The translations under genes were made by a program, and so were the position numbers. A stretch of DNA of 38,664 nucleotides from Candidatus Methanoperedenaceae archaeon (GTDB lineage: Archaea > Halobacteriota > Methanosarcinia > Methanosarcinales > Methanoperedenaceae), in assembly GCA_963753595.1 (NCBI GenBank), contig CAVWCX010000012.1:1-38664 (forward strand). The letters are read 5' to 3'. The notes under the pieces were generated by a model, which searched no databases, was not told where the DNA came from, and saw only the letters and a program-made list of their open reading frames with translations. This document shows positions 14,401 to 26,200 of the stretch, one piece after another (position 1 is the stretch's first letter; each line of letters opens with the position of its first letter).

Positions 14401-15554
14401 TAAAAATACTTGCGCTTATAAAAGAAGAACTAGCAGATATCAAAGCCCGCTTTTCAAATAAGAGACGCACCGAAATAATTGACAGCACAGGCGACCGCGT
14501 GACTGAGGATTTGATCCCGAAAGAAGATGATGTTATCACAATAACCAATAGCGGTTACATCAAACGCATTGCAGTGGATTCATATAAACAACAACGCCGC
14601 GGAGGAAAGGGTGTAATAGGCATGGAGACCAAGGAAGAGGATTTCGTAAGCGACCTCTTTATAGGCAATACCCATGATTATCTCCTTTTCTTTACTGACA
14701 AAGGCAAAGTTTACTGGCTGAAAGTATATGGGATCCCTGAAGCCGGAAGGCAGGCACGGGGCACTGCCATCGTCAACCTGCTGCAACTTGAGCAGGATGA
14801 AAAGATCAACGCATATATTCCGATCAGCAAATTTGATGAGAAACACTACCTTTTGATGGTCACAAAGAAAGGTACAGCCAAGAAGACCGAGCTCACTGAT
14901 TTTGCAAATGTCAGGAAAACAGGTATTATCGCCATCTCTCTTGATGAAGGGGATAAACTTGTATCCGTAAAGCTCACGGATGGTACAAAGGAAATGGTGA
15001 TCGGCACAAAGCACGGGAAAGCCATCAGGTTCGATGAGAATGATGTGAGGGACATGGGACGAAGCGCTTACGGAGTAAGAGGTGTAAGGCTTGTAGGCGA
15101 AGATGAAGTCGTCAGCATGGCAGTCGTGGAGGAAGGCGCAACCCTTCTTACTGTGACCGAGAACGGTTTCGGGAAGCGCACAGTATTTGATGAATACCGA
15201 ACAAGCAACCGCGGCGGACAGGGTGTTATTACCATCGATGTCAATATCAGGAATGGAAATGTCGTGGATATAAGGACTGTCCGCGAGGATGAAGAGATCA
15301 TGATCACGACCTCGAACGGCATCATTATCCGTGTGCCTGCAAGCGGAATACGCGTGCAGGGCAGGAATACGCAGGGTGTGAAGATAATGAATGTCGGGGA
15401 TAAGGACAGGGTCGTGGGCGTGGCTACGCTTGCGAAGGAGGAGGAGGCTGCAAAGGAGGAAGGGGCCGCGGAGGAGGCGGCGCCGGTGCAGGTGACGCTG
15501 GAAGAAGCGGAAGCGCCTCCCAAGGATGAAAAAAAAGATAATAAAACAAATTAA
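11436..15554 (+). CDS. gyrA: DNA gyrase subunit A precursor with intein (854 aa after splicing)
   Basis: [22 protein letters not shown], catalytic AAMRYTE, GyrA-box QRRGGKG, beta-pinwheel repeats, acidic tail. Confidence 0.98.
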   Translation: MPEPESKEPEQQSLVPQKITLVNIEDEMKRSYIDYAMSVIVGRALPDVRDGLKPVHRRILYAMNEQGMTHDKPYKKSARIVGDVLGKYHPHGDIAVYDSLVRMVQEFSLRYPLIDGQGNFGCFTGDTKIKLLDGTEKSFEELASLSPDDIFYVYSVDDKGHIVIGEGKNARITRHQAELLELTIDNGEKIRCTPDHRFMLRDGTYKEAQDLTIDDSLMPGYFDTAPVKEGLNDYLRVLQPKSGEYDFVHHLADDFNFLKGIAKGTGGPFVRHHKNFDRMDNRPTNIERMEFLEHLHLHAECITELWEDDEFRERQKQGVKRYYNEHPEVLEERRSRFKNQNKDEEFRKENALRSSVGMKKYFIENPHAGAEISKRMKALWEDEDYRARMKIALANVEKRELSPEEKTRVTQIISEKSKKMWENDEKRSEIIEAISLALSSEEVRAKLSENSRRNWQNPEYRAKYPKDHFSKMAQKCWEKPETRAMHREKIAEQRQDQAFRDAQRNGVIQSNELRMQQNPTMMSDLAAHAASKLVEKWTEPEYKNTVMRQKIAGYVAQLLKKYEVVTPEVYDANRNMNWIPRIETALKYFNDFDHLLHTAKNYNHRIISKRFLDERVDTYDISVDRYHNFLLACNVFVHNSIDGDSAAAMRYTEVRLGKIADEILGDIDKETVDFVPNYDDSLKEPSVLPCKLPNLLINGSTGIAVGMATNMPPHNLGEVIDGITMVIDNPAVEWNELMTAVKGPDFPTAGFIYGRQGIRDAYSTGRGSIKMRARAIIEEVKNKETIIINELPYQVNKAKMIEDIAGLVRDKKIAGITDLRDESDKDGIRVVIEISRQAQANIILNQLYSHTQLETTFGVINLALVDGRPMVLPLKELITNFISHRKQVIIRRSQFELKKAQARAHILEGLIIALDHIDEVIKLIRASQTPDEARDGLMAQFGLSLEQAKAILDMRLQRLTGLEREKIDAEYGELQKTIAWLIELLESEIKILALIKEELADIKARFSNKRRTEIIDSTGDRVTEDLIPKEDDVITITNSGYIKRIAVDSYKQQRRGGKGVIGMETKEEDFVSDLFIGNTHDYLLFFTDKGKVYWLKVYGIPEAGRQARGTAIVNLLQLEQDEKINAYIPISKFDEKHYLLMVTKKGTAKKTELTDFANVRKTGIIAISLDEGDKLVSVKLTDGTKEMVIGTKHGKAIRFDENDVRDMGRSAYGVRGVRLVGEDEVVSMAVVEEGATLLTVTENGFGKRTVFDEYRTSNRGGQGVITIDVNIRNGNVVDIRTVREDEEIMITTSNGIIIRVPASGIRVQGRNTQGVKIMNVGDKDRVVGVATLAKEEEAAKEEGAAEEAAPVQVTLEEAEAPPKDEKKDNKTN
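11799..13352 (+). mobile_element. 518-aa intein with HNH homing endonuclease in GyrA
   Basis: Block A CFTGDTKI (Cys122), block [30 protein letters not shown], block F/G TYDISV..HNFLL..VFVHN, +1 Ser. Removal restores DGQGNFG-SIDGD. Confidence 0.96.
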
Positions 15555-15952
15555 ATGTAAAGGATAAGAAGGAATATCCTAACCAACAAGAATAGATGAT
15601 AATATACATTAAAAGTATTAGGGAATATAATATTATTTATTTTCTTATAGCGAAACTAGTTTAAGAGTTGAGTAAGATTAGATTGATTTTGTAGGTTGGG
15701 TTATGAAAATAGAAATATATAGAATTATAATTAATATAGAAGAGTAGAAATTATAGGAGTATAAAATAAAAGAGAATATATAAGTTATTTAAGTGCTTTA
15801 CTTGATGGCTTATCTCCTATATTTTGCGCCCTACCTCCGAATACGATGAATACAAGGGCGAGCAAAGAGCCGGCTATTGATCTAGGTTCAAAGTACGCTG
15901 GGATTCTAATTCGATAGTATCACGATCGGAATAGAAATTTGTCGGATCATGA

Positions 15953-16130
15953 CTATTTATGCAAAAGTTCATTAAATTCTTCCACGGTCAGCCCGGCTAT
16001 GTTTATAATCTAATCGCCTAGGGTTCTCAAAGTCCCGCGTGACAATCTCATTATGTAGTTTATAAAGTATGATAGATAACTTAAAGTCATTAATCAATAC
16101 ATATGCATCCTCTTAGATAGTCTTGGAAGG
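15953..16130 (-). pseudogene. HicA-family toxin remnant (C-terminus)
   Basis: Minus strand reads ...RGTLRT...IINIAGLTVEEFNELLHK* (stop 15953-15955), matching the HicA GTLRxIxxxAGLxxEEF end; 5' boundary uncertain. Confidence 0.55.
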
Positions 16131-16826
16131 TAGAATGAGACGGAGATTGTTTTTTCATATATTCATCTGGATTAATAAAAATATTATTTACTGCAACTAC
16201 TCCTTTTTGAGCAATATAATAACTAACCTTTTCCGATAACTTCTCTATCCAGAGAAAATATATAACCGAAACCTGGAGCAACAAGAAATAGTTTGATAGA
16301 TAAAAAAATATCCAATGTAGATAAAAGAAGATAAAGATATAAATAATAGATAAAAAAAAAGATTTTTTTTTAATTTTTAGTAAATAAATAGATTAGTTTA
16401 AGAAACTCACTAAGAAACTGTAAAATCGTTTGGAATTGTTAGAGCCTGTTTTTCAGGGATGTCTCAAATGGATATGCAAACTGCCTGTTTGACCACGAAT
16501 ATAATAAAAAACCTCATTTTAATCAGCGTTTTTATTACCTAAATAATTGACCTAACCAACAAGAAAAATAATTAATAGAAATAGATATATAATATACCTT
16601 GATGGCTTATAGAACGATTCCTATTATTTATATAATAAAGAAAAGATAATAAACTATATAAAATACTTTTTTCTACTGAAAAAGAAATATATAGAGCTTG
16701 TTATAATACAGCTATCTTCCTCTTCGCCACCATATGACGCAATAACGCTAACATGTGCAAAATTAAGGCGCGCCAAAGAGCCTGTGATCCTGGAATTTCC
16801 AAGCATTGAAATAGATGAATACTACC

Positions 16827-17171
16827 TTATCTTTTGACAAAGTGCTTTCTAATTAATGAAGCAAAGAAAGCTTGAGTGTAGTTTTTCCTGATCCCAACTC
16901 CATCAATGCCCAGAACCGTAGCACTTTGATTCGATTGAAAAAAAAGCGATGAAAGTGCCTTAGATACTAGGTAGAAATCAAATTTAGGAGTATCTGTAGG
17001 ACTATATTCTACATAAGTTAAATTCATCGTTCTTCCTCCGTCTAACATGTACACAGATCCCACGCGATAATTTTCATCAAGATAGGAAAATATTTCTGGA
17101 TATGCGTTAGCCAATTGTATATTCACTTCTTTCCTCCTGAGACAACTGGTAATTTGCTCATATAGAAGCAC
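16827..17171 (-). CDS. Hypothetical protein fragment
   Basis: 114-aa ORF with ordinary composition inside the degraded tract; no family recognised, probably 5'-truncated. Confidence 0.4.
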   Translation of the reverse strand: MLLYEQITSCLRRKEVNIQLANAYPEIFSYLDENYRVGSVYMLDGGRTMNLTYVEYSPTDTPKFDFYLVSKALSSLFFQSNQSATVLGIDGVGIRKNYTQAFFASLIRKHFVKR

Positions 17172-17688
17172 AGAAACTATTGTTTCTTTTATTCAACATG
17201 TGGGGATTAGAGCTAAGAATATATACTTCTCTTAGAGTTAGGGAACTAAACTAAGGAATGTTTCAATCAGATTAATTGATTGCCAAATCTCCCAAACTAC
17301 TGATACTTAGGACTAATAACATTATGTAAATTGGTAATATATCAGATGGATGATAAAATATTGTCGGATAATGATATTATATGCAAAAATACTGCAATAC
17401 TAGCAAATAAACAATTATATAAAAGAAATTTAGATCTATTCTCATACGCAGCTTCGTAACGAAGGATGGATGCCTCGTAAGATCAGAATACAGTGCATGG
17501 AGTTTTACATCTACTTCTTCTCTTGTTGGCGCAATAATCTCTGCATCTCTCTTGCATTTTTACCTCCCTGATAAGTTCCTACAGACGTTTGTAGAGTTGA
17601 TTTAGTTCGAATGAAAGTCTACCTACGAAAGAATCAAGTTGCTTCTCCATATCTACATTTCGTGTCAAAATACGCTCACGTAAATCAT

Positions 17689-18024
17689 TTACTTCTTGCT
17701 CAATCGCTTCACGTTGTGCTTTAAGTTCATTAATTTTTTCCACGGTTCAACACTCTGAGCAACTACGGTTTGCTTAAAAAGTTTTTCGCTTTGATCTAAA
17801 AGCTCCTGTAAATATGCATTGGTTGCATCTATATTCTTTTTTCCTCTCAGAGCAGTTTGTACATCGGTATCAATAATGGATATTGCATCACGTTTGTTAA
17901 GATCGAACCATAATATAGTGATTTGCATAACTGATTTTAGAATAGAAAGCAGTTCATCATCAACATTACTATCCGAAATGAAACAACCTATCACATTAGG
18001 GAACAATTTAGAAACTTGTTTCAT
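17689..18024 (-). CDS. Hypothetical protein, probably continuing past a frameshift toward ~17590
   Basis: 111-aa ATG-started ORF; another frame continues DLRERILTRNVDMEKQLDSFVGRLSFELNQLYKRL. Confidence 0.45.
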   Translation of the reverse strand: MKQVSKLFPNVIGCFISDSNVDDELLSILKSVMQITILWFDLNKRDAISIIDTDVQTALRGKKNIDATNAYLQELLDQSEKLFKQTVVAQSVEPWKKLMNLKHNVKRLSKK

Positions 18025-18289
18025 TTATTCTCGAAAAAACCTGCATGATAGAGCTTATAAATTGAATGAATGCCATCTTCCGCCAACATTTTAAATTATT
18101 AGAAGTAATAAAATAAAATAAATCGAATATTAGCAATGCAACCCTCTATGGCGTTTAACCTTATGTTTTCAAACTGGCGTCCTTAATGCAGCATTATGGT
18201 TTGGAATCGTTGACCTATTTCTTCGGAAAGTTCACGAATCCTCTCATTATTTAATGGTAGACTAATCCTTTTGAATCGCGAAAGAGCAC

Positions 18290-18420
18290 TCGACATATAA
18301 TAAGATTCTCCTTATATTTTAATTCCATTTTCTGTTTTGCCCTGAGATATACAACCGGGTAAAGCTGGCACTGTAGCCACATACCAGCCGTCTTCGTCCT
18401 TTATCCAATAGTTAATGAGA
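18290..18420 (-). pseudogene. HicB-family antitoxin remnant
   Basis: 18398->18330 reads DEDGWYVATVPALPGCISQGKTE, the HicB N-terminal signature; flanks are disrupted. Confidence 0.75.
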
Positions 18421-18639
18421 AAAAAGATATAGATAATAGCTCTGTGTATATAAAGATGAATAATGTATTGTAATAAGGATTAGTATTTGATTATAAGATA
18501 AATATTATATTAAGAGATTGAGATATGTGATATTTAGTTTGTTATTGTGAACTGTGTAATGAAGGGTGAAATGCTCAAGTTCATCTATCATAATAACAAA
18601 GGGAAAGCATAAATAACTGTAAATTGCGCATATAGAAAC

Positions 18640-18863
18640 AAGAAGATCGCCAGCATCGATTTCTTGGTTAGATATTTTAAAATTCGAACTCTATGGGGTT
18701 CCTCTGATTTGAATGCCTCATCTTTCAACCATCGAATTGATATATCAGAAGTCTCACACTATATGAGTCCAGTTAAAGCATTGCATACTTCTTCACTTGC
18801 TTCATGACAAATATCCTTAATAATACTTTAAAATTCATCAAAATGCCTCAATTGATGTCTATC
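18640..18863 (-). pseudogene. Helical protein remnant with in-frame stops
   Basis: One frame reads DRHQLRHFDEF*SIIKDICHEASEEVCNALTGLI*CETSDISIRWLKDEAFKSEEPHRVRILKYL. Confidence 0.3.
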
Positions 18864-20913
18864 AATAATATGTATTGAAGATTTGATTAAGTTTCTCTAA
18901 GAAGCTTTTCTAAGTTTTGCTTGAGATACTTAATGCTGGCATAAGTATAATGATTATATTTAGTATGAATAGCTACTTTAATTCGTGAATAATTTTTGTC
19001 TGGAACCACTTAACTGGATCTGCTTAGATACAGGATATACGAGAATAGATACATCTGGGAATGTCGAAGAAAATATTTATAGAAACTGAGCAGCTGTATC
19101 TAATAGAAGATGAGTTTTAACAGTAACATAATAGATCTTTACTGACACAATTAATGACTCAAATTTCAGAGTAGAGTTGATATTCTTATTGTTATACTGT
19201 TAATAAAATGTATAAGAGAGAGAGAGAAATAATAATAGATAAAGTAGGAATAGTAAATTTATAGATATTTATAGATTATTATTTTAATAGGATTACCGGA
19301 TAATCTGGAAACGAATATATATTAATATGATGAAAATTTATTTTAGTATTATTTTATAGTAATATAATATAAAATGAATTATATTATAATTTATATAATT
19401 ATAGGATATAGTAGAGATATAAAAATTTACATAGAGTTATTGAATTAGATAAATAAAGAATATATGTAATAATAAAAAGAGAATAAGAAATGTTATTGTT
19501 ATTCGATTATATATGATAAAAATAGATATAACTGAATATAGAATATCATATGCATCAAAAGGAAATAAACCAAAGCCGCTAGTAATAGCAAAACTGTTTT
19601 GCGTAATATTTCGATAAGACTTAAAAAAATGCAAATGCAAAATACGCTATAAGTGAGAGTGTCTATAAAGTAATAACTAGATGTATTGAACGAGAGAAAA
19701 AAGTAAAAATAAAATAGGATAGATTGTAAAGAGAAATAGAAAAATAATACGATAAATAAACTTATATAAAAATAAAATACTTTAGCTAAAATATATAAAA
19801 AAAATTGTAGATAAGTAGAAAACAGAAATAATTTGAATTAGTTTTATATTTAATCTATATATATATTTAATCAATTTATGACATTTGATAGATACTACTA
19901 TTAAAAATATTTTCTGCCATAGATAAAGAAAGATATACTATATTTTTTATTTAAAAAGTATAAAGTGAAGAATAATAAAAGATGATAGAGAAGTATAAAA
20001 TGTTATATAAGAAAAAAAAATGAGAAATATGAAAAAGAAGTATAAAGAAAATGATGTATTAATAAAATATATTTAAAGAGAAAAAAAGTATAAAAAATAA
20101 AAAAATAATGAATGAAATGGAACAGAATGTGAGAAATACATGGAAATAGATAAGGATAAAAATGAATATAAAGAGGTGATTAAGAAGATCTTATGTAATG
20201 AAAATTATCTCAACTAATACTATAATGACTTGACTTGAAAAGATATACTAGAAAACCGAAAAATTTAAAAAAATAAATAAAAAAAAAATATAAAAAAAAA
20301 AAATATAAATAAATAAAAAAAAAAAAGAGATAAAGTATTTATGGTATCAATTTAATTTTAATAGATATATATAACACCGATACATTAGGTAAATAAGATA
20401 TTTGATTCATTAATTCAATATATAGCTTATCTGAGATATTAATATAAGCTTTTATAGTTATGTGATCAATTTCAATGATTCATAAATATTATAAATAGAT
20501 TTATTTAATTGAAATAATAATTTTAATAAAGATATAAATAAAATGAGTGATAATAATTATATTACATATATAAAAATAAAAAAGAAAGATAAATAGAAAG
20601 ATATGGAATATATTATAAATCAAGGAGAAAAAAACAAAAATGAAATTAGATAAAAAGAAAGAAGGTAAGAAAATTTATATAGAATAAAATAGAATAGGTA
20701 TAATTAATAAGAATTGGAATAAAATAATTTTTCAGGCTAAGATTATAAAATAGATGAAAGTGTAGATAAGATATAAACAAGTATCAAAACCGTCTATAAT
20801 TTCTTATATATATTAAATATCTAAAAAGTACTATTTATTCATGAATTCAAATTAAAGCTCTCAATTAATTGAGTATATCTATATTGATAATGTATTAGAA
20901 GAGACTAAGAAAA

Positions 20914-22078
20914 TTATAAATTTAAATCTTGATAGTCTTTCCGAAGATATTTCTCTATCCTGTCCATTCCTTCTCTGATATTCTCAATACTATTGGCATA
21001 AGAAAACCGGATATACCCTTTTGCGCCATCCCCGAAATCGATCCCCGGTGTTACTGCCACTCCTGCTTCTTCAAGTATCCTGCGGCTTAATTCCAACGAA
21101 TCTTTACTGAATTTCCTTGCATTGGCAAGGACATAATAAGCGCCGTCAGGTTCATAATTTATCCCGAATCCGATATCTTTTAGCCTCCTGATCATGAATT
21201 TACGCCGCGTATTATATGTAGATACCATTTCCTTGACATGCTCCTGCGGGCCAATTAGCGCCGCAATGCCTGCATGCTGGACAAAGCTGTTGGCGCAGAT
21301 GAAAAAGTTCTGCTGGAGCTTTTGCAGCGGCCTGATATATTCCTGGGGCGCGATAAGATACCCGAGCCGCCAGCCAGTCATTGCATACAATTTGGAAAAG
21401 CCATTCAATACGAATGCATTGGAAGTATATTCCAGAATAGAATGGTCTTTTCCTTTATAGACGAGACCCTGGTATATTTCATCTGAAATGACAGGGATTT
21501 TCCCGGCAATTTCTGAAATGCTCCTCAAATTTCCAGGTGACATCACATGGCCTGTGGGATTGCATGGGGAATTTATCAATATGGCTTTTGTTTTTGAATG
21601 TTATCGCTGCGGCTACATCTTCAGGCTCCATCCTGAATCCACAGGATTCCCGCGTGTGAACAAAAACAGGTTTCCCGTCAAGATATTCCACAAAATTAGG
21701 ATAGCAGGCATAATATGGATTTGACATTATCACCTCATCTTTCCGTGCCAGGAGACTCATGAATACAAGAAGAAGGGCGGGACTCGTTCCTGAGGTTACA
21801 ATTATTTGCTGGGGGCTCAATTCAAGTTTGAATTTTTCATTGTAATAACTTGCTATAGCTTCACGAAGCGTTAGAAGGCCCAGGCTGTGGGTATATTTTG
21901 TTTCACCTGACCAGAGGGCAGATGATGCTGCCTGGCATATATGCGGCGCAGTTTGAAAATCAGGCTCCCCTATTTCAAGATGTATAATATTTTTTCCAAG
22001 GCTTTCAAGTTCCTGTGCCCTTTCGAGGACTTCCATAACATGAAATGGGGGGAGCTTTTTTGCTTTACCTGAGATCAT
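20914..22078 (-). CDS. Class I/II PLP-dependent aminotransferase (aspartate aminotransferase-like), split by one +1 frameshift near 21597
   Basis: LEIGEPDF, INSPCNPTG, SDEIY and GFSKLYAMTGWRLG (PLP lysine); deleting one base gives ITSKTKAILINSP. Confidence 0.9.
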
Positions 22079-23124
22079 ATATGATTCTTTTCATTATCTG
22101 TCCTGAGTATAATATATTCATGTATAATTGTCTGGACGACAACAAATATTATCGGGCCCAGAAGCAACCCTTTTGCTCCGAAAATAATAGGCCCCGAAAA
22201 AAAACCAATTAATAATGTAAGCTGGTTCACATCAGCCTGTCTGGATCCAAAATATGGCTGCAGGACAAAAGGTATAAAAGCATTTAGTATAACCACACCG
22301 AAAACCAGGATGCCTCCCGCTGCAAATGCATTACCTGTATAATACATATATGCTGCAGTAGGAGCATAGATCATCCATGTTCCAAAAACCGGGAGAAAAC
22401 CGAATAATCCTGTAATAATTCCAAGGAGAAATGCATGTGGCACTCCAAATATATAATATCCGATAAAAGAAAATGCTGATGTAATGAAGGCCATTCCTAT
22501 ATACGATATTATGAGCACATCAAAGCTTTTCTTCAGACCTTTTATGATACTTGTTATAAATGTTTCATCTTCGGGTGGGAGAGTTAAGGCATAGTCTTTA
22601 ACAGCACAAATGATTTCATGGCCATTTCGCATGAAATAATAAGTCGCAAAAAGGTATATTACGATATCGAGGAGCAAAATCGGTATAGATGTAACAAAAC
22701 CCGAAATAATCCCGATCGCAATTGATGTGAGTTTAGCTGTTATCTCCTTTGCTCCAAGAGGCAGATCGATGTAAGTTCCTAATCCCATTGATGAAATAGT
22801 ATCTGAAAACACAGAAATAAAAGATGTGATCTTCCCGCTAAGTCCGGTAATATCTCCAAATATCTGTCCAATATTTGTCGTTAAGTATGAGAACGCCAAT
22901 ACGATCGGAATTCCTATAAGGATCGTCAGGATTCCAAGCCCTATACTGGAAAATAGTTTATGTTCCTCCATCTTCTTGATTATTGGACTGAATATGTATG
23001 TTGTTATTGCAGCAAGGATCAGCGAAGTTATGAACGGGTATATCATTATTGCAGCTATGCCTATGGCGACAAGGAAAATAGCAGCAGGATGTGACCTTGA
23101 ATGAAGCCTGGAGGATAAAACCAT
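22075..23124 (-). CDS. AI-2E (PerM) family transporter; start placed at ATG 23124
   Basis: Multi-TM; FGFLPVFGTWMIYAP, LQPYF and GPIIFGAKGLLLGPII motifs. The longer start at 23301 would overlap the divergent gene. Confidence 0.88.
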   Translation of the reverse strand: MVLSSRLHSRSHPAAIFLVAIGIAAIMIYPFITSLILAAITTYIFSPIIKKMEEHKLFSSIGLGILTILIGIPIVLAFSYLTTNIGQIFGDITGLSGKITSFISVFSDTISSMGLGTYIDLPLGAKEITAKLTSIAIGIISGFVTSIPILLLDIVIYLFATYYFMRNGHEIICAVKDYALTLPPEDETFITSIIKGLKKSFDVLIISYIGMAFITSAFSFIGYYIFGVPHAFLLGIITGLFGFLPVFGTWMIYAPTAAYMYYTGNAFAAGGILVFGVVILNAFIPFVLQPYFGSRQADVNQLTLLIGFFSGPIIFGAKGLLLGPIIFVVVQTIIHEYIILRTDNEKNHI

Positions 23125-23260
23125 AATACCACAACACTGTTTTTGTTTGGTTGATATATATAAGTGCCTGTAGAAATAGTGAGACTGTTTATTGTGCAAA
23201 ACTTTATATTTGAACAAGGTTATGTATAGTATTGACAAAACCTTAATTGAGTAGATAATT

Positions 23261-26200
23261 ATGAACTCAAATAATCGTGAATATCTTGAAGAAAAATTCA
23301 AAACCCGTGTGACCTTTGACCCTGTAGAACGAATGCTCTATGGGCATGATCTTGCTGCAATTCCTGCGCTTGTCAGGCCTTTAATTGGAAATACAACGCC
23401 TGACGCAGTAGTGCAGCCTCAAAATGAGGAAGAACTTATTGACCTCGTAAAATGGGCAGTATCAAACAATGTGCCTCTGACACCAAGAGGCAAGGCTACT
23501 TCCGGCTACGGAGGAGCTATACCCGTCAATAAAGGTGTAGTTGTGGATTTTTACAGGATGAAAAAAGTCCTTGATATCGATGCTAATAACCTTATTGTCA
23601 CAGTCCAGCCCGGGATCACCTGGGAGAAGCTTGATGCGGAACTCAATAAACAAGATCTGACTATCAGGTTATATCCCACAAGTTATCCTTCATCAACTGT
23701 CGGGGGATGGCTGGCACAGGGCGGCGCAGGTATAGGGAGCTTCGAGTACGGGTATTTTCGTGAAAATGTGGTCAGTGCAAAAGTAGTATTACCATCAGGC
23801 GAGGTAAAGGATTTTGCAGGTGATGAACTTGAGTTAATAGCTGATGCGGAAGGCATAACAGGATTAATCGCAGAGGTTACACTTCGCATTCAACCCAGGG
23901 AAGAAACTGAGGTCGCAGGGCTTGCCTGCGCGGATGCAAATCATCTGCAGGAACTTGTGAATTCTATTATTGGATCAAAGCTTCCAATATGGTCAATGGT
24001 ATTTATCAATCCACAGATGGCGCAAATGAAAAACCGCGCTCCTGTTATGGAACACGGGGGCCTTAGAATGCAAGAGCGTGTAATGCTTCCTGCTAAATAT
24101 ATTCTTACACTTGCTTTTCGTAAAAAAGACAGTACAACTGTCAGGGCAGCACTTCCTGGTCTTGCAAATTCATTCGGAGCTGAGGTCCTGAGTGACAAAA
24201 TCGCAGGGCATGAATGGGAAAATCGTTTCAAACTCATGGTAGTAAAGAGGCTTGGCCCTTCACTTGTACCTTCTGAGGTAATAGTTCCGCTTTCAAGCCT
24301 TGGCGATGTTATGGGTGAGATCGGGAAAAAGATATCCCAGCCAGTTGTTAAGGAAGGCGTGATAATCCGTAACGGGATCAACGGTGAACCTGAAGTTGTC
24401 ATCCTGGGATTTATTCCCGGCGACCAGCGAAAATTCAGTTACAATTTCGTATTCGGTCTTGTGCTTTCAATTATGAAGATCGCACAAAAACATGGCGGGA
24501 GACCCTATGCTACAGGTTTATATTTCTCAAAAAAAGCTGATTCCGTATTAGGTAAAGAAAGAATTGATCGATTACGGACTTTTAAAAACAAGACCGATCC
24601 GAAAAATATAATGAATCCTGGAAAGGTCACAAGCAGCGGCCTTATGGGAATTGCCCTGGATGTGGCAGGCACTTTTGAGCCGATTATCCGTCCACTTGGA
24701 AATTCTGTTACTACTACTATTGGTGAAAGGCCGCTAAAACAGGTCAGGGATATCCCGGCAGATGTTGCATGGTATGCTTATAGCTGCTCCCAGTGCGGAT
24801 ACTGCATTGATGAATGCGACCAGTTCTACGGGCGCGGCTGGGAAAGCCAGAGTCCCAGAGGAAAATGGTACTGGCTGCGGGAATACATGGAAGGACGCGT
24901 TGAATGGGACCAGAAGATGGTTGACACGATCATTTCATGCACCACATGTGAGCTTTGTAACCTGCGCTGCTCTGCAGCATTGCCTATTGAGCCTTCATGG
25001 ATGAAACTGCGCGGTAAACTGATAAATGAAGATAAGAAAATGACTTTCCCGCCATTTGAGATGATGACAGAAGCGCTTGATTCCCAGGGAAATATCTGGG
25101 CAGGCTACAGGAAAGACCGCTCAAAATGGTTCCCTGAGGACCTTAAAGAAAAGCACGGGCCTATGCATAAAGCAAAGAATGTTTATTTTGCAGGCTGCAC
25201 AGCAAGTTTTGTTGAAAAAGACATAGGCATGGCAAGTGTGCGCCTGCTTGATGCGGCAAATGTTGATTTTACGTATCTTGGCGAGAAAGAGAACTGCTGT
25301 GCTACCCCAATGCTTGTTGCAGGTAAATGGGATGCGTTTGAAAAAACCATGAAAAAGAATATCAGCGCGGTTAAAGCAGCCGGAGCTGATACTGTAATTA
25401 CCTCATGCCCGGCATGTGATATGATGTGGCGGCATGTATATCCTGAATGGGCTGATAAACTTGGTATCGATTACACGATAAAGACAAAGCATTATAGTGA
25501 GGTCGTATCTGAAAAAATCAAATCCGGTGAGTTCAAATTCAAAAGTGGCATGGAAAAACCCGTTACTGTTACATTACACGACTCATGCCATATTGGACGC
25601 GCATCAGGCGTTTATGACCCTCCGCGTGATGTTATTAAGGCCATTCCAGGCGTTAAATTCGTTGAGATGAGCTCGAACAGGGAAAAAGCTCATTGCTGCG
25701 GCTCTGTGCTGACGCTCCTTAAAGAGCCGGATGCGGCAGCGGATATTGGAAAGATCCGGCTTGATGAAGCTGTTGAGGCAGGCGCGCAAAAGGTTCTTGC
25801 TCTTTGCCCGTGCTGCCAGTTCCAGCTAAGGGTAAGCGCGCAAGCAAGAAATATTCCAATTGAAGTAATTGACCTCGCAACATTTGCTTCATCAGCCCTG
25901 GGATATGATTTCCCGGATCCAAATCCTGAAGTACGGGCACAATGGGCAGTATTTGAGAAGATGATCGTCCTTATGACGCCCGGAGGATTTGCAGAACTTA
26001 TGGGAACCATGTGGCCTGAGCTTATCAATGCAATGCCTTATGGAATGGGGCCGATGATGCGGATGATGGGAAAAATCCCGGGCGCTCTTACTCTTATGAA
26101 GCCATTATTCCCTGTGCTATTCCCGATCCTTCTTCCCGGGATGATGCCAGGAGTAATGCCTGTGATGCTTGAAAGAGTTGGAAAGATGATCCCGATGCCT

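Larger units (their letters stand above)
15555..20913. other. Degraded, very AT-rich and A-skewed tract with gene remnants (low-quality consensus or decayed island)
   Basis: No long ORFs in ~5.3 kb; 19.2-20.9 kb is nearly devoid of C with long A runs; coding-like patches on the minus strand. Confidence 0.75.

Noticed and set aside
15578-18420. Integron cassette array (CCTAAC resembles attC R'' ends; TA cargo)
   Set aside because: No integrase in the window and no convincing paired GTTRRRY ends or attC hairpins.
19200-20900. Replication origin or CRISPR leader in the AT-rich tract; ORF 19437-19640
   Set aside because: No ORB boxes, cdc6, repeat-spacer array or cas genes; the ORF is a low-complexity by-product.
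21580-21600. Programmed frameshift in the aminotransferase
   Set aside because: A single extra base explains it, and similar indels occur elsewhere in the window.
23125-23301. N-terminal extension of the AI-2E ORF
   Set aside because: It overlaps the divergent gene start and the TATA-containing intergenic region; ATG 23124 fits better.
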